Part shown: piece after piece, positions 32,745-47,562 of the stretch
How the letters are laid out: each line of letters starts with the position of its first letter
How positions within the stretch are numbered: position 1 is the stretch's first letter
Notes under the pieces: model-generated
Told to the model about the DNA's origin: nothing
Database searches by the model: none
Seen by the model: only the letters and a program-made list of their open reading frames with translations
NCBI GenBank assembly: GCA_963818475.1
Contig: CAWFSF010000006.1
Span: 1,024,001 to 1,088,000 of the forward strand
DNA length: 64,000 bases
Origin: Nitrospirota bacterium
Lineage (GTDB): Bacteria > Nitrospirota > UBA9217
Direction of reading: 5' to 3'
Position numbers and translations under genes: made by a program

Positions 32745-33341
32745 CTACTTCTTCCCTATCTTCGATTCCGTCCCCGCGATGAGCCGTTTGATGTTATCCC
32801 GATGCTTGGCGTAGATCATGCCAAAGAGAAAGAGCGAGAGCAGACGGAGGTCTTTTGAGGGATAGAGAGTAAATGTATACAGAGGATAGAGTGCAAATGC
32901 AGTGAGTGCAGCAAGAGAGGAGTAGCGCCAGATAAAGGCGGCGACGGCCCAAGTGATGAGGCTTGCGAGCGCTGCCAGCGGCGTGAGCGCCAGAGCAACG
33001 CCGAAACTGGTGGCAACGCCCTTCCCGCCTTTGAACCCCAGATAGACCGGGAAGGTGTGGCCGAGCAATGCCGCAACTCCTGACAGCATGGAGGTGTAGT
33101 CGTTGTTCAGCAGCACCCTGATCGCAAGGACCGGCAACAGGCCTTTGAGGCAGTCGGCAAGCAGCGTCAGGAGCGCGGCCTTCTTTCCGGCTGCGCGCAG
33201 AACATTGGTTGCGCCGATATTCCCGCTTCCCACGGTCCGCACATCGATATCGGAGAACCAGCGGGTGAAGAGCAGCCCGAAAGGTATTGCCCCGATGAGG
33301 TAGCAGAGGATGATGGCGGCGATATGAAGTGCAGTGTTCAT
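32745..33341 (-). CDS. plsY: acyl-phosphate glycerol-3-phosphate acyltransferase
   Basis: YLIGAIPFG, GSGNIGATN, FKGGKGVAT, HRDNIKRL. Confidence 0.95.
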   Translation of the reverse strand: MNTALHIAAIILCYLIGAIPFGLLFTRWFSDIDVRTVGSGNIGATNVLRAAGKKAALLTLLADCLKGLLPVLAIRVLLNNDYTSMLSGVAALLGHTFPVYLGFKGGKGVATSFGVALALTPLAALASLITWAVAAFIWRYSSLAALTAFALYPLYTFTLYPSKDLRLLSLFLFGMIYAKHRDNIKRLIAGTESKIGKK

Positions 33342-33424
33342 AGGAGTATAACCCAGGTATTTTAGGCTGAAGACGGAAGGCTGATCTAAAAACCTTCAAC
33401 TTCAGTCTATTCACCTGAATAGTT

Positions 33425-33976
33425 TTAGCTGTTCAACTTGTTCCAGTAGGTCCTGAAATACTGCACTGCCGAGTATACGGCGAGGATCATGGCGACCCAG
33501 AGCGCGATTATACCGAGATCGGTCATCCAGTCCTGGTCGAAATACTGATACAGGAGCAAAGAGAGGACGGCCGTGATCTGCGCGCCGACCTTGTACTTGC
33601 CGACCGTCTCGGCAGGGATGACGACGCCGTCACTTGCGGCGATCGCGCGAAGGCCGGTCACGGCAAATTCCCTGCCGATGATCAGGATCGCGATCCAGGA
33701 GTGGACCACGTCGGGTTTCAGCTCGACCAGGACCACCAGGGCGGCCATGATCAGGATCTTGTCGGCAATGGGATCGAGCAGTTTCCCCACCTTGGTCACC
33801 TGCCCCCATTTTCGCGCAAGGTAGCCGTCCAGCCAGTCCGTGGCGGATGCAATGGAGAATACGACGCCGGCTGCAAGGGCGCGCAGGGGGCTCGGATCGA
33901 GCATGAGGACGATGAACACGGGGACAGCCAGGATTCTGCTCATTGAGAGAAGGTTCGGGACATTGAATATTTTCAC
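33425..33976 (-). CDS. pgsA: phosphatidylglycerophosphate synthase
   Basis: NVPNLLS, TDWLDGYLAR, GKLLDPIADK, REFAVTGLR; GTG start overlaps the upstream stop. Confidence 0.93.
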   Translation of the reverse strand: MKIFNVPNLLSMSRILAVPVFIVLMLDPSPLRALAAGVVFSIASATDWLDGYLARKWGQVTKVGKLLDPIADKILIMAALVVLVELKPDVVHSWIAILIIGREFAVTGLRAIAASDGVVIPAETVGKYKVGAQITAVLSLLLYQYFDQDWMTDLGIIALWVAMILAVYSAVQYFRTYWNKLNS

Positions 33977-34872
33977 GGTTGCTTCCTCCACCTTCGGTGC
34001 ATCCAGACCCATTGCTCGGGCTCACGCATGATGCATTCCTCGATCTTCCGGTTGAACAGCGCTGTATTCGTTATGATGTCCTGTTCGATATTACCCGTCC
34101 TGACCAGCTCCAGAGGGCCTTCAACGATCACGGTGTGCCGGTTGTCCTTTCCCCGCCGCGTATATCCGAAGACGACGGGAGCGTTGAATTTGAGCGCCAT
34201 GGAAGCCGCGGCGGTCGGGGTCCAGGCCGGCCGTCCCATGAAATCAACGAAGGCGCCCTCGACATCGGTATCCTGGTCAATGAGGATGCCCAGGATGCGG
34301 TTTTCCTTGAAAATGCGTATCAGCTGGCGGGAAGCGCCCGGTTTGCCGCGCAGGATGACCTTCATGCCGACCCGTTCGCGCAGCCGGACAAGCAGGTCAT
34401 TCAAGGGCTCGGGCTTGATCGGCGCCGCTACAACGCTGAGCGGGAAGTGCTGCGCAACGAACCCGCCGCAGAGTTCCCAGTTCCCGATATGACCCGTCAT
34501 ATACACGACACCCTTGCCTGCTGCGAGAGCAGTGCGAAGGTTGGCTTCGCCCGGAAAATCGGCTATCGTGGCCAACCGCTCCGGGGTCATCAGCATGAAC
34601 TCAAGCATGGACTTGCCGAGGTGCATGAAGCTTCTGCGGGCCGTTCGTTTGATCCAGGCATCACCGCGGTCGGCGAAGACCGAGGTCAGGTGCGTCAGCG
34701 CCCTTTTTCGTTCCCGCGGGAGAATATAGTAGCCCAGGAACCCCAGTGCCGCGCCTGCCTGAACGCCGAATCCATAGGGAACCAGACGTGAGATGATCCA
34801 GATAAGCCTGATCGACCAGAGCAGAGAAATGCGGCTGAGCGTTTTTCTCAATGTGATCAGGCGGCGTTTCAT
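33973..34872 (-). CDS. lpxL: lipid A late acyltransferase (LpxL/HtrB family)
   Basis: GHIGNWE, ILIDQD, VDFMG, PEQWVWMHRRWR. Confidence 0.85.
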   Translation of the reverse strand: MKRRLITLRKTLSRISLLWSIRLIWIISRLVPYGFGVQAGAALGFLGYYILPRERKRALTHLTSVFADRGDAWIKRTARRSFMHLGKSMLEFMLMTPERLATIADFPGEANLRTALAAGKGVVYMTGHIGNWELCGGFVAQHFPLSVVAAPIKPEPLNDLLVRLRERVGMKVILRGKPGASRQLIRIFKENRILGILIDQDTDVEGAFVDFMGRPAWTPTAAASMALKFNAPVVFGYTRRGKDNRHTVIVEGPLELVRTGNIEQDIITNTALFNRKIEECIMREPEQWVWMHRRWRKQP

Positions 34873-35387
34873 GCAGTCGGGTGATTACCCTGTTTTTTGA
34901 GGATAAGGTTGATGAGCTCGCGGACGGCCCCGCGGCCTCCTGATGCCCTGGTGACCAGGTCGGTGAAGGGCTTCACTGCCGGATCAGCGTCTGCAACGGT
35001 TACGGCGAGAGCAGCCCGTTTAAAGATCGCAAGGTCGACAACGTCATCGCCCATATACGCGACTTCGGCATCGCGGAACCCGTATTTTTTCAGGATCTGG
35101 TCGTACACGGCGATCTTCTCGTGTGCGCCCTGATGGACCTCGGTAATGCCCAGTTCCCGGGCACGGATGTTCACGACCTCGGATTTCCTGCCAGTAATGA
35201 TGCCGATGGTGATGCCGGCCCTTTGCGCCAGTTTGATGCCGTGGCCGTCGCGCACGTGGAACGCCTTCAGCTCATTGCCCTGGTTGTCCAGAATGATCCT
35301 GCCGTCGGTCAGTACGCCGTCCACGTCGAGCAGGAGCAGTTTGATGTTTTTCGCTTTTGTCTGGACGCTTGTTTTGGTTTTTCGCAT
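34869..35387 (-). CDS. kdsC: Kdo 8-phosphate phosphatase
   Basis: LDVDGVLTDG, FHVRDGHG, YMGDDVVD, GGRGAVRE. Confidence 0.93.
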   Translation of the reverse strand: MRKTKTSVQTKAKNIKLLLLDVDGVLTDGRIILDNQGNELKAFHVRDGHGIKLAQRAGITIGIITGRKSEVVNIRARELGITEVHQGAHEKIAVYDQILKKYGFRDAEVAYMGDDVVDLAIFKRAALAVTVADADPAVKPFTDLVTRASGGRGAVRELINLILKKQGNHPTA

Positions 35388-35443
35388 AATAGGTGAAGGT
35401 TATTCCGCGTATGTTGAACTTCTCACTTCTCACTTGATTCACT

Positions 35444-36411
35444 TCAAACCACCCCGGCCTTCAGCAGATCATGCAGATGGATGACGCCTTCCGGTCTTTT
35501 TTGCGCGTCAGCCACGATCAGGCAGGTGATGGAATTCTTTTCCATGATGGCCACGGCCTCCGCTGCCAGAGAGTCCTTGTTGGCCACTTTCGGGTTTTTG
35601 GTCATGATCTCCCCTGCTTTTTTCGCAAGCAGGTTCTCGCCCGTTTTCTCGGTCTTTTCCATCCAGCGCCGCAGGTCGCCATCGGAAATGACGCCGACCA
35701 GTTTGCCTGCTGCATCGAGGACAGCCGTCACGCCCATCTTTTTCGAGGAGATCTCAAAGATGGCGTCCTTGATCAGCGTCTTTTCGCTGACAGTCGGTAT
35801 ATCATTTCCACTATGCATAAGGTCGCGCACGCGCAGCAGCAGTCGTTTGCCCAGCGCGCCGCCGGGATGGAAACAGGCGAAATCCTCGGGCCTGAACCCG
35901 CGTTTGTCCAGCAGCGCCACCGCCAGGGCGTCCCCCATGGCAAGGGCCGCGGTGGTGCTTGCCGTCGGCGCAAGCCCCAGGGGGCAGGCTTCCTCCTTCA
36001 CCCCTACATCGAGCACTACGTCGCTGTTCTTGGCAAGGGTGGATTCTTTGTTGCCGGTCAGGGCAATGATCTGGATCGCGAGTCGTTTGAGCGACGGGAG
36101 CATGCGGGCGATCTCTTCGGTCTCTCCGCTGTTCGAGAGCGCGATCACCACATCGCCCCGCATGACCATGCCGAGGTCGCCGTGGACGCCTTCCGCAGGA
36201 TGCAGGAACAGCGCCGGCGTGCCTGTGGAAGCCAGTGTGGCGGCGATCTTTTTCCCGATCTGGCCGGACTTGCCCATGCCGGTGACGACCACTCTGCCTT
36301 TGCTGTCCAGCACCATAGCGACTGCCTGCTCGAAGGTCGCATCGATCCGGTCGATCAACGCAGCCACGGCATCGGCTTCGATCCTGAGCACCCGTTTTGC
36401 CTGTTCGATCG

Positions 36412-36415
<4 letters not shown>
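35444..36415 (-). CDS. kdsD: arabinose-5-phosphate isomerase (SIS + CBS)
   Basis: GMGKSG, HPAEGVHGDLG, SNSGET, EACPLGLAPTAST, FHPGGALG. Confidence 0.95.
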
Positions 36416-39667
<3,252 letters not shown>

Positions 39668-39873
39668 AGGATTTATTTGGACTGCATTAAAGAATAAAAA
39701 ATCTTTGACACGGATAAAATCTGATAACGGCTATGATAACGTCGGATACATCAAGGCCGTATCATGATTCTTCATAATTTAATCCGCCGTCGCTTAGAAG
39801 CGCCTACTTCTGGGTTCAGTGTCAAAGGTTCTTTTTCTTGTCGTAAAATCTGCGGACAAAAAAATCCGGTTCG

Positions 39874-40808
39874 TCAGGCCGACAGCTCTTTTTTGAAGTA
39901 TTCGATCGTTCTTTTCAGACCGTCATCCACCGATACGCGGGGCTTCCAGCCGAGCTTTGTCGCCTGCGAGAGTAGATGTCAGGCTGACGCTGCGTCGGGT
40001 CGTCCGATGGCAGTGGCTGGTGAATGATCTTCGACTTCGACCCGGTCATGGCAACGATCTTTTTTGCAAAATCCAGGATGGTATACTCCTCGGGGTTTCC
40101 CAGGTTCACGGGGCCGATAAAGTTCTCGCTGTCCATCATCCTGACCATGCCATCGACCAGGTCGTCAACATAGCAGAACGAACGGGTCTGGGACCCCTCT
40201 CCATAGACTGTGATGTCCCGGCCTTTGAGCGCCTGAACGATGAAGTTGCTCACCACCCGGCCGTCATTCTGCAGCATGCGCGGGCCGTAGGTGTTGAAGA
40301 TCCGAACGATCTTGATGTCCACGTGGTTCTGGCGGTGATAGTCCATCATGAGGGTCTCGGATGCCCGTTTACCCTCGTCATAGCAGCTTCTGATGCCGAT
40401 GGGGTTGACGTTGCCCCAATAGGCCTCGGTTTGCGGATGGACGATGGGATCACCGTATACTTCTGAGGTTGACGCAAGGAGGATCCGGGCCTTCGTCCTT
40501 TTCGCCATGCCGAGCATGTTGAGCGTGCCGAGGATGTTCGTTTTGATGGTTTTCACCGGGTTGTACTGATAATGTATGGGCGAAGCCGGGCAGGCCAGGT
40601 GATAGATCCTGTCCACTTCCAGCAAAATGGGAAACACTATATCGTGCCGCACCAGTTCAAAGGCGGGATTTCTTAAAAATTCCGTAATATTGTTCTTTCT
40701 GCCGGTAAAGAAATTATCCAGGCAGAGCACCTCATGTCCTTCCTTGAGCAGGCGCTCGCACAGGTGTGACCCTAAAAATCCAGCGCCGCCGGTAACCAAT
40801 ATTCGCAT
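39874..40808 (-). CDS. uxs: UDP-glucuronate decarboxylase (UDP-xylose synthase; frameshift ~39975)
   Basis: [36 protein letters not shown]; C-terminus KLGW.P.V...GL.RTIEYF lies in another frame ending at 39874. Confidence 0.88.
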
Positions 40809-40809
40809 G

Positions 40810-42144
40810 CTATCTTCTCCCGATGCCGTAGTAGGTGAATCCCATCTTCTTGAGCTCTTCCTGGTTATAGATGTTCCTGCCGTCGAAGATGACCGGTTTT
40901 TTCATGAGCTTTTTTATCTTCTGGAAGTCGGGCTTCCGGAACTCGTTCCACTCGGTCACCACAGCGAGCGCATCGGCTCCCCGGAGCGCGTCATAGCCGT
41001 CCTGCATGATCCCGATCCTGTTCTTGAAGATCTTGCGGGCCTCAGGTTCGGCTATGGGATCGTGCGCTCTGATGGCGGCCCCGGCGCGAAGCAGGCTGTT
41101 GATAATGACGACCGACGGCGCCTCGCGCATATCATCGGTGTTCGGCTTGAATGAAAGGCCCCATACCGCGATCACTTTGCCTTCCAGCGGTTTTTTCAGG
41201 GAGGCTGCTTTTTTGGTCCCTTTTTCTGCAAAGTGCCGGAGTATCATGGTCGATAACTGCGACTTCTGCCGTTCGTTCACCGCTTCGACCGACCTCAGTA
41301 CTTTCGCGTCAACGCCATAGTCTTTGGCGGTCTGGACCAGGGCTTTGACATCCTTGGGAAAGCAGGATCCGCCGTATCCCACGCCCGGGAAGAGGAATTC
41401 GAATCCGATGCGCCGGTCGTACCCCATCCCCTTGCGCACGTTGTCGATATCGGCGCCGAGGCTGGCGCAGATGACCGCCATTTCGTTGATAAAGGATATC
41501 TTCGTGGCGAGCATGGCGTTCGATGCATACTTGGTCATCTCTGCGCTTCTGATGTCCATGATCAGGATCGGCTTTCCCGTGCGCACGAACGGCGCATAGA
41601 GCTCCTGCATCAGCGCTGCCGCTTTGGGGCTGTCGACGCCGATGACGACGCGGTCGGGCTTCATAAAGTCCTCGATGGCCGCACCTTCTTTCAGGAACTC
41701 GGGATTGGAAACAACATCGAATTTCTGTTTGGTTCTGCCCGCAATGGCTGCTCTGACCTTGTCGCCGGTGCCGACCGGGACCGTGCTCTTGTTGACGACG
41801 ACCGTGTATCCGGACAGATGCGCGCCGATATCGCGGGCTGCGCCGAGCACGTATTTAAGGTCTGCAGAACCGTCCTCTCCCGGCGGCGTGCCCACGGCAA
41901 TGAAGATGACGTCCGCTTTCTTAACGGCGGCACGGATGTCGGTGGTAAAGCTCAGCCTGCCGTGGGCCACGTTCCGCTTGACCAGTTCTTCCAGCCCCGG
42001 TTCATAGATCGGTACGCTGCCTGCATTGAGCAGGTCGATCTTTTTTTTATCGATGTCCATGCAGATGACATCGCTGCCGCTTTCAGCAAGGCAGGTGCCG
42101 GTAACGAGGCCGACGTAGCCTGTTCCGATTACTGAGATTTTCAT
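40810..42144 (-). CDS. ugd: UDP-glucose 6-dehydrogenase
   Basis: [43 protein letters not shown]. Confidence 0.95.
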   Translation of the reverse strand: MKISVIGTGYVGLVTGTCLAESGSDVICMDIDKKKIDLLNAGSVPIYEPGLEELVKRNVAHGRLSFTTDIRAAVKKADVIFIAVGTPPGEDGSADLKYVLGAARDIGAHLSGYTVVVNKSTVPVGTGDKVRAAIAGRTKQKFDVVSNPEFLKEGAAIEDFMKPDRVVIGVDSPKAAALMQELYAPFVRTGKPILIMDIRSAEMTKYASNAMLATKISFINEMAVICASLGADIDNVRKGMGYDRRIGFEFLFPGVGYGGSCFPKDVKALVQTAKDYGVDAKVLRSVEAVNERQKSQLSTMILRHFAEKGTKKAASLKKPLEGKVIAVWGLSFKPNTDDMREAPSVVIINSLLRAGAAIRAHDPIAEPEARKIFKNRIGIMQDGYDALRGADALAVVTEWNEFRKPDFQKIKKLMKKPVIFDGRNIYNQEELKKMGFTYYGIGRR

Positions 42145-42361
42145 GCGAGTTTCCCCTTCTGTATTAACCGATAAACGAAGTTAGCCACATAAAGCACATA
42201 AGTCACATAGACAAAACAATAAAGCTGAAATGACTGAAGTTATCGCCAAGTCAGAAAGCGCACGCACTGATTATTTTGTGAATTCTGTGCATTTTGTGGC
42301 TTAACCCGTTTTTGAGGATTAATGCTCCGGCCCGGTGGTTCACCGGGTTGTCCGCGGACGG

Positions 42362-43383
42362 TCAGACCTTTTTCGACCGTTTCTCCAGCGTGCTGTCCGC
42401 GGTGATCTTTTGTTTTAGTTCTTCGGGCTTCACGGTCGCGGTCCCGACAATGCCGACCACGATACCGGCAGCGAAATTCGACAGCCGTGCCGCATCGCCG
42501 AGGCTGGCGCCGGCCGCCATCGCCAGGGTGAGCACGCTGATGACCGTATCGCCGGCCCCGGTGACGTCGTAGACCTCGCGTGCGACCGTCGGAATGTGGG
42601 TGATCCCGCCCCGTTCGAAAAGGCTCATGCCGTGTTCACCGCGCGTGATGAGCACTGCGTTGCATTTGAGGCGGTTCAGCAGCTGTTTGCCGGCCCTGAG
42701 CAAGCTCTTCTCATCATTGATATCGATCTTGGAGCCCAGCGATGCTTCCTTGGTGTTCGGGGTCAGGATGGTGACGCCGCTGTAAATGTTGAAGTGACTG
42801 ATCTTGGGGTCCACGGACACGACGACCTTATGCTTCCTCGCCAGGGTCACGATGTCGCGCACCAGGCCTTTGGTGACGACCCCTTTGCAATAGTCGGACA
42901 ATACGATGGCATCCAGTCCGTCCAGGACCTGCTGCTTCACGTACGCGTAGATCTGTTGGTGGGTCTCTTTCTCGATGCTGCTCTTCGCCTCGCGGTCGAA
43001 GCGCACCACCTGCTGGCTGTGGGCAATGATCCGTGTCTTGATCGTCGTCGGCCGGTTGTGCTCGACAATGAGGCCGTCGGTATGGATGCCCTGCTGCCGC
43101 AGCATATGCACGAGCTGCCTGCCTGCATCGTCATTGCCGATGACGCCGCAGACGTCGACATTGCCGCCGAGGGCGTGGATGTTGTTCACCACGTTGGTCG
43201 CAGCGCCGAGAAGCAGGTTCTCCCGGTGACGTTCACGACCGGTACCGGCGCCTCGGGTGATATGCGGGACACGCTGCCCCAGATGTAGTGGTCGAGCATG
43301 ACGTCACCGACCACGAGCGTCCGTGTCGCGGGAAATTTATCAATGAAGGCTATGAGGCGTTTGGTTTCGCTTTTCGTGGTCAT
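42362..43383 (-). CDS. rfaE1: D-glycero-D-manno-heptose-7-phosphate kinase (RfaE domain I; frameshift ~43225)
   Basis: [44 protein letters not shown]. Confidence 0.88.
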
Positions 43384-44174
43384 TTCTTCTGTTCTCCGAA
43401 TTTCAGGTCAACAAGGGTGGAGACGATGGATCCGATGCTGATGACACTTTTCATGAGCACGGGTATCCTCCGGGCATCGTCGGTGAGCCAGAAGTAGATT
43501 TCGCCTTTGTGCTGAAAAACCCCTTCATATTTGGGATAGGTCCTGAGCTTGATCGTATTGATCTCGCCGAAGATGGTCGTGATCTTTTCCCGCCCCAGCA
43601 CCTGCACGTCTACCTTCCAGGTCTTACCATCGTCGTGGACATTGAAGGTGATCGTTTTTCCGTTGGCAAGGTCTGGTCTCGTCCTCAAGTAGTACAGGGC
43701 GGAGAGCGCGTCCTGCGTATCGGCCGGAACGGGATAGGTGGCCTCTTGCCCGTCAGAACGCACGACAACGGTACGATCCTTAAGGTTGAACGTCATGTCC
43801 CTTTTCTTTTTGCGTTTGCCGTGGCTTTGATCAAGGTGAAAGGAAAGACTGGCGAGCGTTTCGCCGTCGACCGTGCTGTCGATCCGGTCTGCAACTTTAT
43901 AGAACTTGTGGACGATTCCCGCCGAACGCGCCGTTGAGGTAAGATGATAGATTGTTCTACCATCGAGCGTCTTTTCTTCATTCACTTTCATGACAGCCGT
44001 GCCTGCATGTATGATATCGGACCACGCGATGGTATACGTAAGCGTTTCTCCTGCCTTGAAGGCATGGTTGACGGTCTTCGTATTATGTCCGTCTTCTGCC
44101 CGTATGTTCCGGGTGGAGAGCAGAAGCACGCACATACCTATCATGAACCACAGGCGCGCATGTGTTGTCTTCAT
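43380..44174 (-). CDS. DUF3108 family secreted protein
   Basis: Signal peptide, [28 protein letters not shown]. Confidence 0.75.
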   Translation of the reverse strand: MKTTHARLWFMIGMCVLLLSTRNIRAEDGHNTKTVNHAFKAGETLTYTIAWSDIIHAGTAVMKVNEEKTLDGRTIYHLTSTARSAGIVHKFYKVADRIDSTVDGETLASLSFHLDQSHGKRKKKRDMTFNLKDRTVVVRSDGQEATYPVPADTQDALSALYYLRTRPDLANGKTITFNVHDDGKTWKVDVQVLGREKITTIFGEINTIKLRTYPKYEGVFQHKGEIYFWLTDDARRIPVLMKSVISIGSIVSTLVDLKFGEQKK

Positions 44175-45173
44175 GGTATCCAGTTCCGCACTGCCTCAAA
44201 TACGTCGTTTACCGAGATCGCTTTCATGCAAGCCATGGTATTGAGGGGACAGTGCTTTTTTTCACAAGGAATGCATGGGAGCTGTTTGGCCAGTACAATA
44301 GTATTCCTCCCTACGGGACCGGTCCTGCGGGGATCGGTCGACCCGTAAAGACCGACGGTCGCCGTCTGCACAGCGGTCGCGAGGTGCAGCGGACCGGTAT
44401 CGGAGCTTACAAGGCATCGGCAGCGTGCCAGGAGCGCAGCGGACTCAGCGAGGTCGAACTTGCCGACCGTGCTAATGGCTTGCGTATGCATCGCTGCCAT
44501 AACTCCTTTGACGAGCTCGCGGTCTTCGCTTCCGCCGATAAAGATCACGAGGGCTCCGAGCTCTTTGGCCAACCGGTCAGCCAGCTCCGAGAATCGTTCC
44601 GGGAGCCAGTTCCGCGATGGCCGGGCAGCCCCGACACTGCAGTTTAGTGCTACCAGAGGTTGCTGCTGAGTAATCCCCTGCTCTGCCAGGAATCGGTCGA
44701 TCTTCGCTGCTGCCTCTGGCATGATCGGAAGGTCGATGCGGTCGATCGCTTCGCTGATCCCGAGCGGCTCCAACGTTTTCATGAAATTCTCGACAGCATG
44801 CAGGCGGCGTGCACCGGGGTCGACCCGCTTCTGTTTGCGATAGACGACGATGCGGCCGGCGCCGGAAAACTTTCGCAGGACCCATGAACGGACCGATGGC
44901 TGCATATCGACAAAGAGGTCAACATGCTTCCGGCGCAATTGCTAGACAGAAGGACAGAAAATCCGTCACGTTCCTTTTTAGATGGGCTTTGTTATATACA
45001 AGTACTTGGTCTGCAATGGGGGTCCCCTGCACCAGCCGTTCCTGTCCCGGGGATACTACGACCGTGATCTGCGCAGTAGGAAATGCACGTTTCAATGCTT
45101 TGAGCGACGGCAGGGTATGAAGAAAATCACCGATCGCGCCCGGTTTGTAAAATAGTATTCGTTCAATGCCCAT
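44171..45173 (-). CDS. GT9 heptosyltransferase-family protein (frameshift ~44944)
   Basis: GAIGD, RNWLPERF, VSSDTGPLHLA, GLYGST, PCIPC. Confidence 0.85.
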
Positions 45174-45409
45174 GATAATTTGGTACATTATATGCAAACT
45201 GTTCGTTTTTGTAAATATAATTATAAGGTGAGCGGTTTCAAAAAAATAAGAGCACGCAGCACTTCTATGGCCTGCATCAAGTATATTCGCTCATACCCAC
45301 AATGTGCTTGCAATGAAAAAGAGTAGCAGGTATGATTAAAAAGAGTATGATTGCGGTGAGTGATCAACGGTTTTTTCACCCGTCAAAAACGATAAGGGAG
45401 GTACTGATC

Positions 45410-45592
45410 ATGGCCACTCCGAAGGTTGACATGGACACCTGTATTGGTTGCGGTTTATGCGCTGAGCTCTGCCCCAAGGTTTTCGAACTCCGGGATGACA
45501 AAGCATGGGTCACCAACCCCAATGCATGCGATAGCTGCGACTGCCAGCAGGCCGTGGATAGCTGTCCGGTAACAGCAATCAGCATGGAATAG
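45410..45592 (+). CDS. monocluster ferredoxin (60 aa)
   Basis: CIGCGLC...CP and CPVTAI; GGAGG RBS. Confidence 0.9.
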   Translation: MATPKVDMDTCIGCGLCAELCPKVFELRDDKAWVTNPNACDSCDCQQAVDSCPVTAISME

Positions 45593-45604
45593 GCAGCCCC
45601 CTAA

Positions 45605-45640
45605 TCCTGCGCCGCTTGACAATGCGGCGCAGGACATTTC
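45605..45640 (+). terminator. hairpin after the ferredoxin gene
   Basis: Perfect 11-bp stem TCCTGCGCCGC/GCGGCGCAGGA; weak U tail. Confidence 0.55.
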
Positions 45641-45642
45641 CC

Positions 45643-45670
45643 TTGACAAAACCAGCTGTTTCTATATTAT
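45643..45670 (+). promoter_or_regulatory. sigma70 promoter of tRNA-Leu
   Basis: TTGACA-N16-TATTAT. Confidence 0.6.
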
Positions 45671-45688
45671 TCCCCTACGATATTCGAT

Positions 45689-45777
45689 GCCGCTGTGGCG
45701 AAATTGGCAGACGCAAGAGACTTAAAATCTCTCGACGGGCAACTGTCGTACCGGTTCGATCCCGGTCAGCGGCACCA
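45689..45777 (+). tRNA. tRNA-Leu (anticodon TAA)
   Basis: Acceptor stem GCCGCTG/CAGCGGC, anticodon arm AGAGA-CTTAAAA-TCTCT, long variable arm, GGTTCGATCC T-arm, encoded CCA. Confidence 0.97.
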
Positions 45778-45953
45778 CAAAAGGATTGGCTATTTTGCCA
45801 TTCCTTTTTTTACTGATGTAGCTTTTTATGCACAGGTCTTTCGGATCAGGCGTCCAGTCCAATCGGTGGCCACATGATCGCTCATTCATCGACCATAGTG
45901 GGATGCACTATACTTCTAACACCTGTCCTGGGCCGTTCCATCCCAACAAATCC

Positions 45954-45982
45954 TTGACAATACAGCCTCAATATCCGATAAT
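45954..45982 (+). promoter_or_regulatory. sigma70 promoter upstream of accA
   Basis: TTGACA-N17-GATAAT. Confidence 0.55.
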
Positions 45983-46056
45983 ATGCCCTCTTAATTGAAT
46001 AAAGAATATAGTCTTGCTGGTGCGCCCTGTTTTTAACCGGGTTGGAGGAGTACGAT

Positions 46057-47016
46057 TTGGCGCAGGAATACCTCGAATTTGAAAAACCGATCGCTGAACT
46101 TGAAAAGAAGATAGAGGAGCTTACCCTTTTTACCTCGAACGGGAACATCGACCTCGAGGAAGAGATCCTCAAGCTTCACAAAAAGTCGGACCAACTGCGC
46201 GCCGAGATCTACTCCCGGTTGACTCCCTGGCAGAAGGTCCAGATCTCCCGCCATCCGAACCGACCGTATACGCTGGATTACATCGAGGCGATGCTCACGG
46301 ATTTTGTCGAGATGCATGGTGACCGTGGTTTTGCCGATGATCCCGCTATCGTCTGCGGCATGGCGAAGCTTGACAACATGCCGGTCGTTATCATCGGCCA
46401 CCAAAAAGGCAGGACACTGAAGGATCGGATGTATCGCAACTTCGGCCAGCCGAATCCCGAGGGCTACCGCAAGGCGCTGCGGCTCATGGAATTCGCGGAA
46501 AAGTTCAGGAAGCCGATCATAACGCTCATCGATACCCAGGGCGCGTACCCGGGCATCGGCGCCGAAGAGCGCGGACAGGGTGAATCCATCGCCAGAAACC
46601 TGCTGGTCATGTCGAGTTTGAAGGTCCCGATCGTCACGGTAGTGATCGGCGAAGGCGGGAGCGGCGGAGCGCTGGCATTGGGAGTGGCCGACCGGGTGCT
46701 CATGCTGGAGCATTCAACCTACTCGGTCATTTCTCCGGAAGGCTGCGCCGCGATCCTCTGGAACAACGGCTCAAAAGCAAGTGAGGCCGCGGAGCTGCTC
46801 AAGATCACGGCACAGGACCTTTTTCAGATGAAAGTGATCGACGAGGTCGTGGAAGAGCCTATCGGCGGCGCACACCGCGATCCCCGGCGGGCTGCCGAGC
46901 TGTTAAAGGACGCGGTCACGCGAAATATGGCTGAGATCAGGAACGTGCCTCCGGACGAGATCGTGAAGATGCGCTATGAAAAGTTCAGACGGTTGGGGAC
47001 CTTCGATCAGATATGA
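46057..47016 (+). CDS. accA: acetyl-CoA carboxylase carboxyltransferase subunit alpha
   Basis: YLEFEKPI, RHPNRP, PEGYRKALRLM, GEGGSGGAL, YSVISPEGCA; TTG start after GGAGGA. Confidence 0.97.
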   Translation: MAQEYLEFEKPIAELEKKIEELTLFTSNGNIDLEEEILKLHKKSDQLRAEIYSRLTPWQKVQISRHPNRPYTLDYIEAMLTDFVEMHGDRGFADDPAIVCGMAKLDNMPVVIIGHQKGRTLKDRMYRNFGQPNPEGYRKALRLMEFAEKFRKPIITLIDTQGAYPGIGAEERGQGESIARNLLVMSSLKVPIVTVVIGEGGSGGALALGVADRVLMLEHSTYSVISPEGCAAILWNNGSKASEAAELLKITAQDLFQMKVIDEVVEEPIGGAHRDPRRAAELLKDAVTRNMAEIRNVPPDEIVKMRYEKFRRLGTFDQI

Positions 47017-47170
47017 TCTTTGTCGGAGGATTAATCAGGTTGATAGACTGAAGGCTGAAATCGGTAAAGAATAAACATTGGCATATAAAGCAATAAGTAC
47101 TAGACAACCGAGAAGTAAAATCCAGTTGACTTTCTCAAAAACCTTCAGTCTGCAGCCGAACAATTGATGG

Positions 47171-47524
47171 TCAGGAAATTTCTACGATCAGTTCGTTGGT
47201 AGCGATCTTGAGGCCGACCATGGCGTTCTGCAGGTTGGCGTAGGGAGACAGCAGGAGCAGCAGGCAGTAGTCGTTTAAAACCGGAGCGATCAGTTGGTTC
47301 CCCTCGTCCAGCGAAAAAAGCACGGCATGGACGCTCCCCAGCCCGAGCCGGCCGGTGATCTCTTTGATATGGTCAAGATGTATCTCCTTCCACGCGCCGA
47401 GCAGCTTGACATCGATGGCAACCTCCCCGGACTGTGCGATCGATTCCCCGTCATTATCTAGAAAAATTGCAGCCTGCGCCCCGTCCACTGACATAATGAG
47501 CCTGCCCAGGATCTTTTCCAGCAA
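47171..47524 (-). CDS. roadblock/LC7 (MglB-like) domain protein
   Basis: VDGAQAAIFLDNDGESI, YCLLLLL; TTG start after AGGGGAG. Confidence 0.7.
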   Translation of the reverse strand: MLEKILGRLIMSVDGAQAAIFLDNDGESIAQSGEVAIDVKLLGAWKEIHLDHIKEITGRLGLGSVHAVLFSLDEGNQLIAPVLNDYCLLLLLSPYANLQNAMVGLKIATNELIVEIS

Positions 47525-47562
47525 GATACTCCCCTTTCGTTCTTCACGGCTTCGAACGGATA

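Noticed and set aside
45689-46040. tRNA-Leu as an island integration site
   Set aside because: No integrase and no duplicated tRNA 3' end seen; accA follows directly
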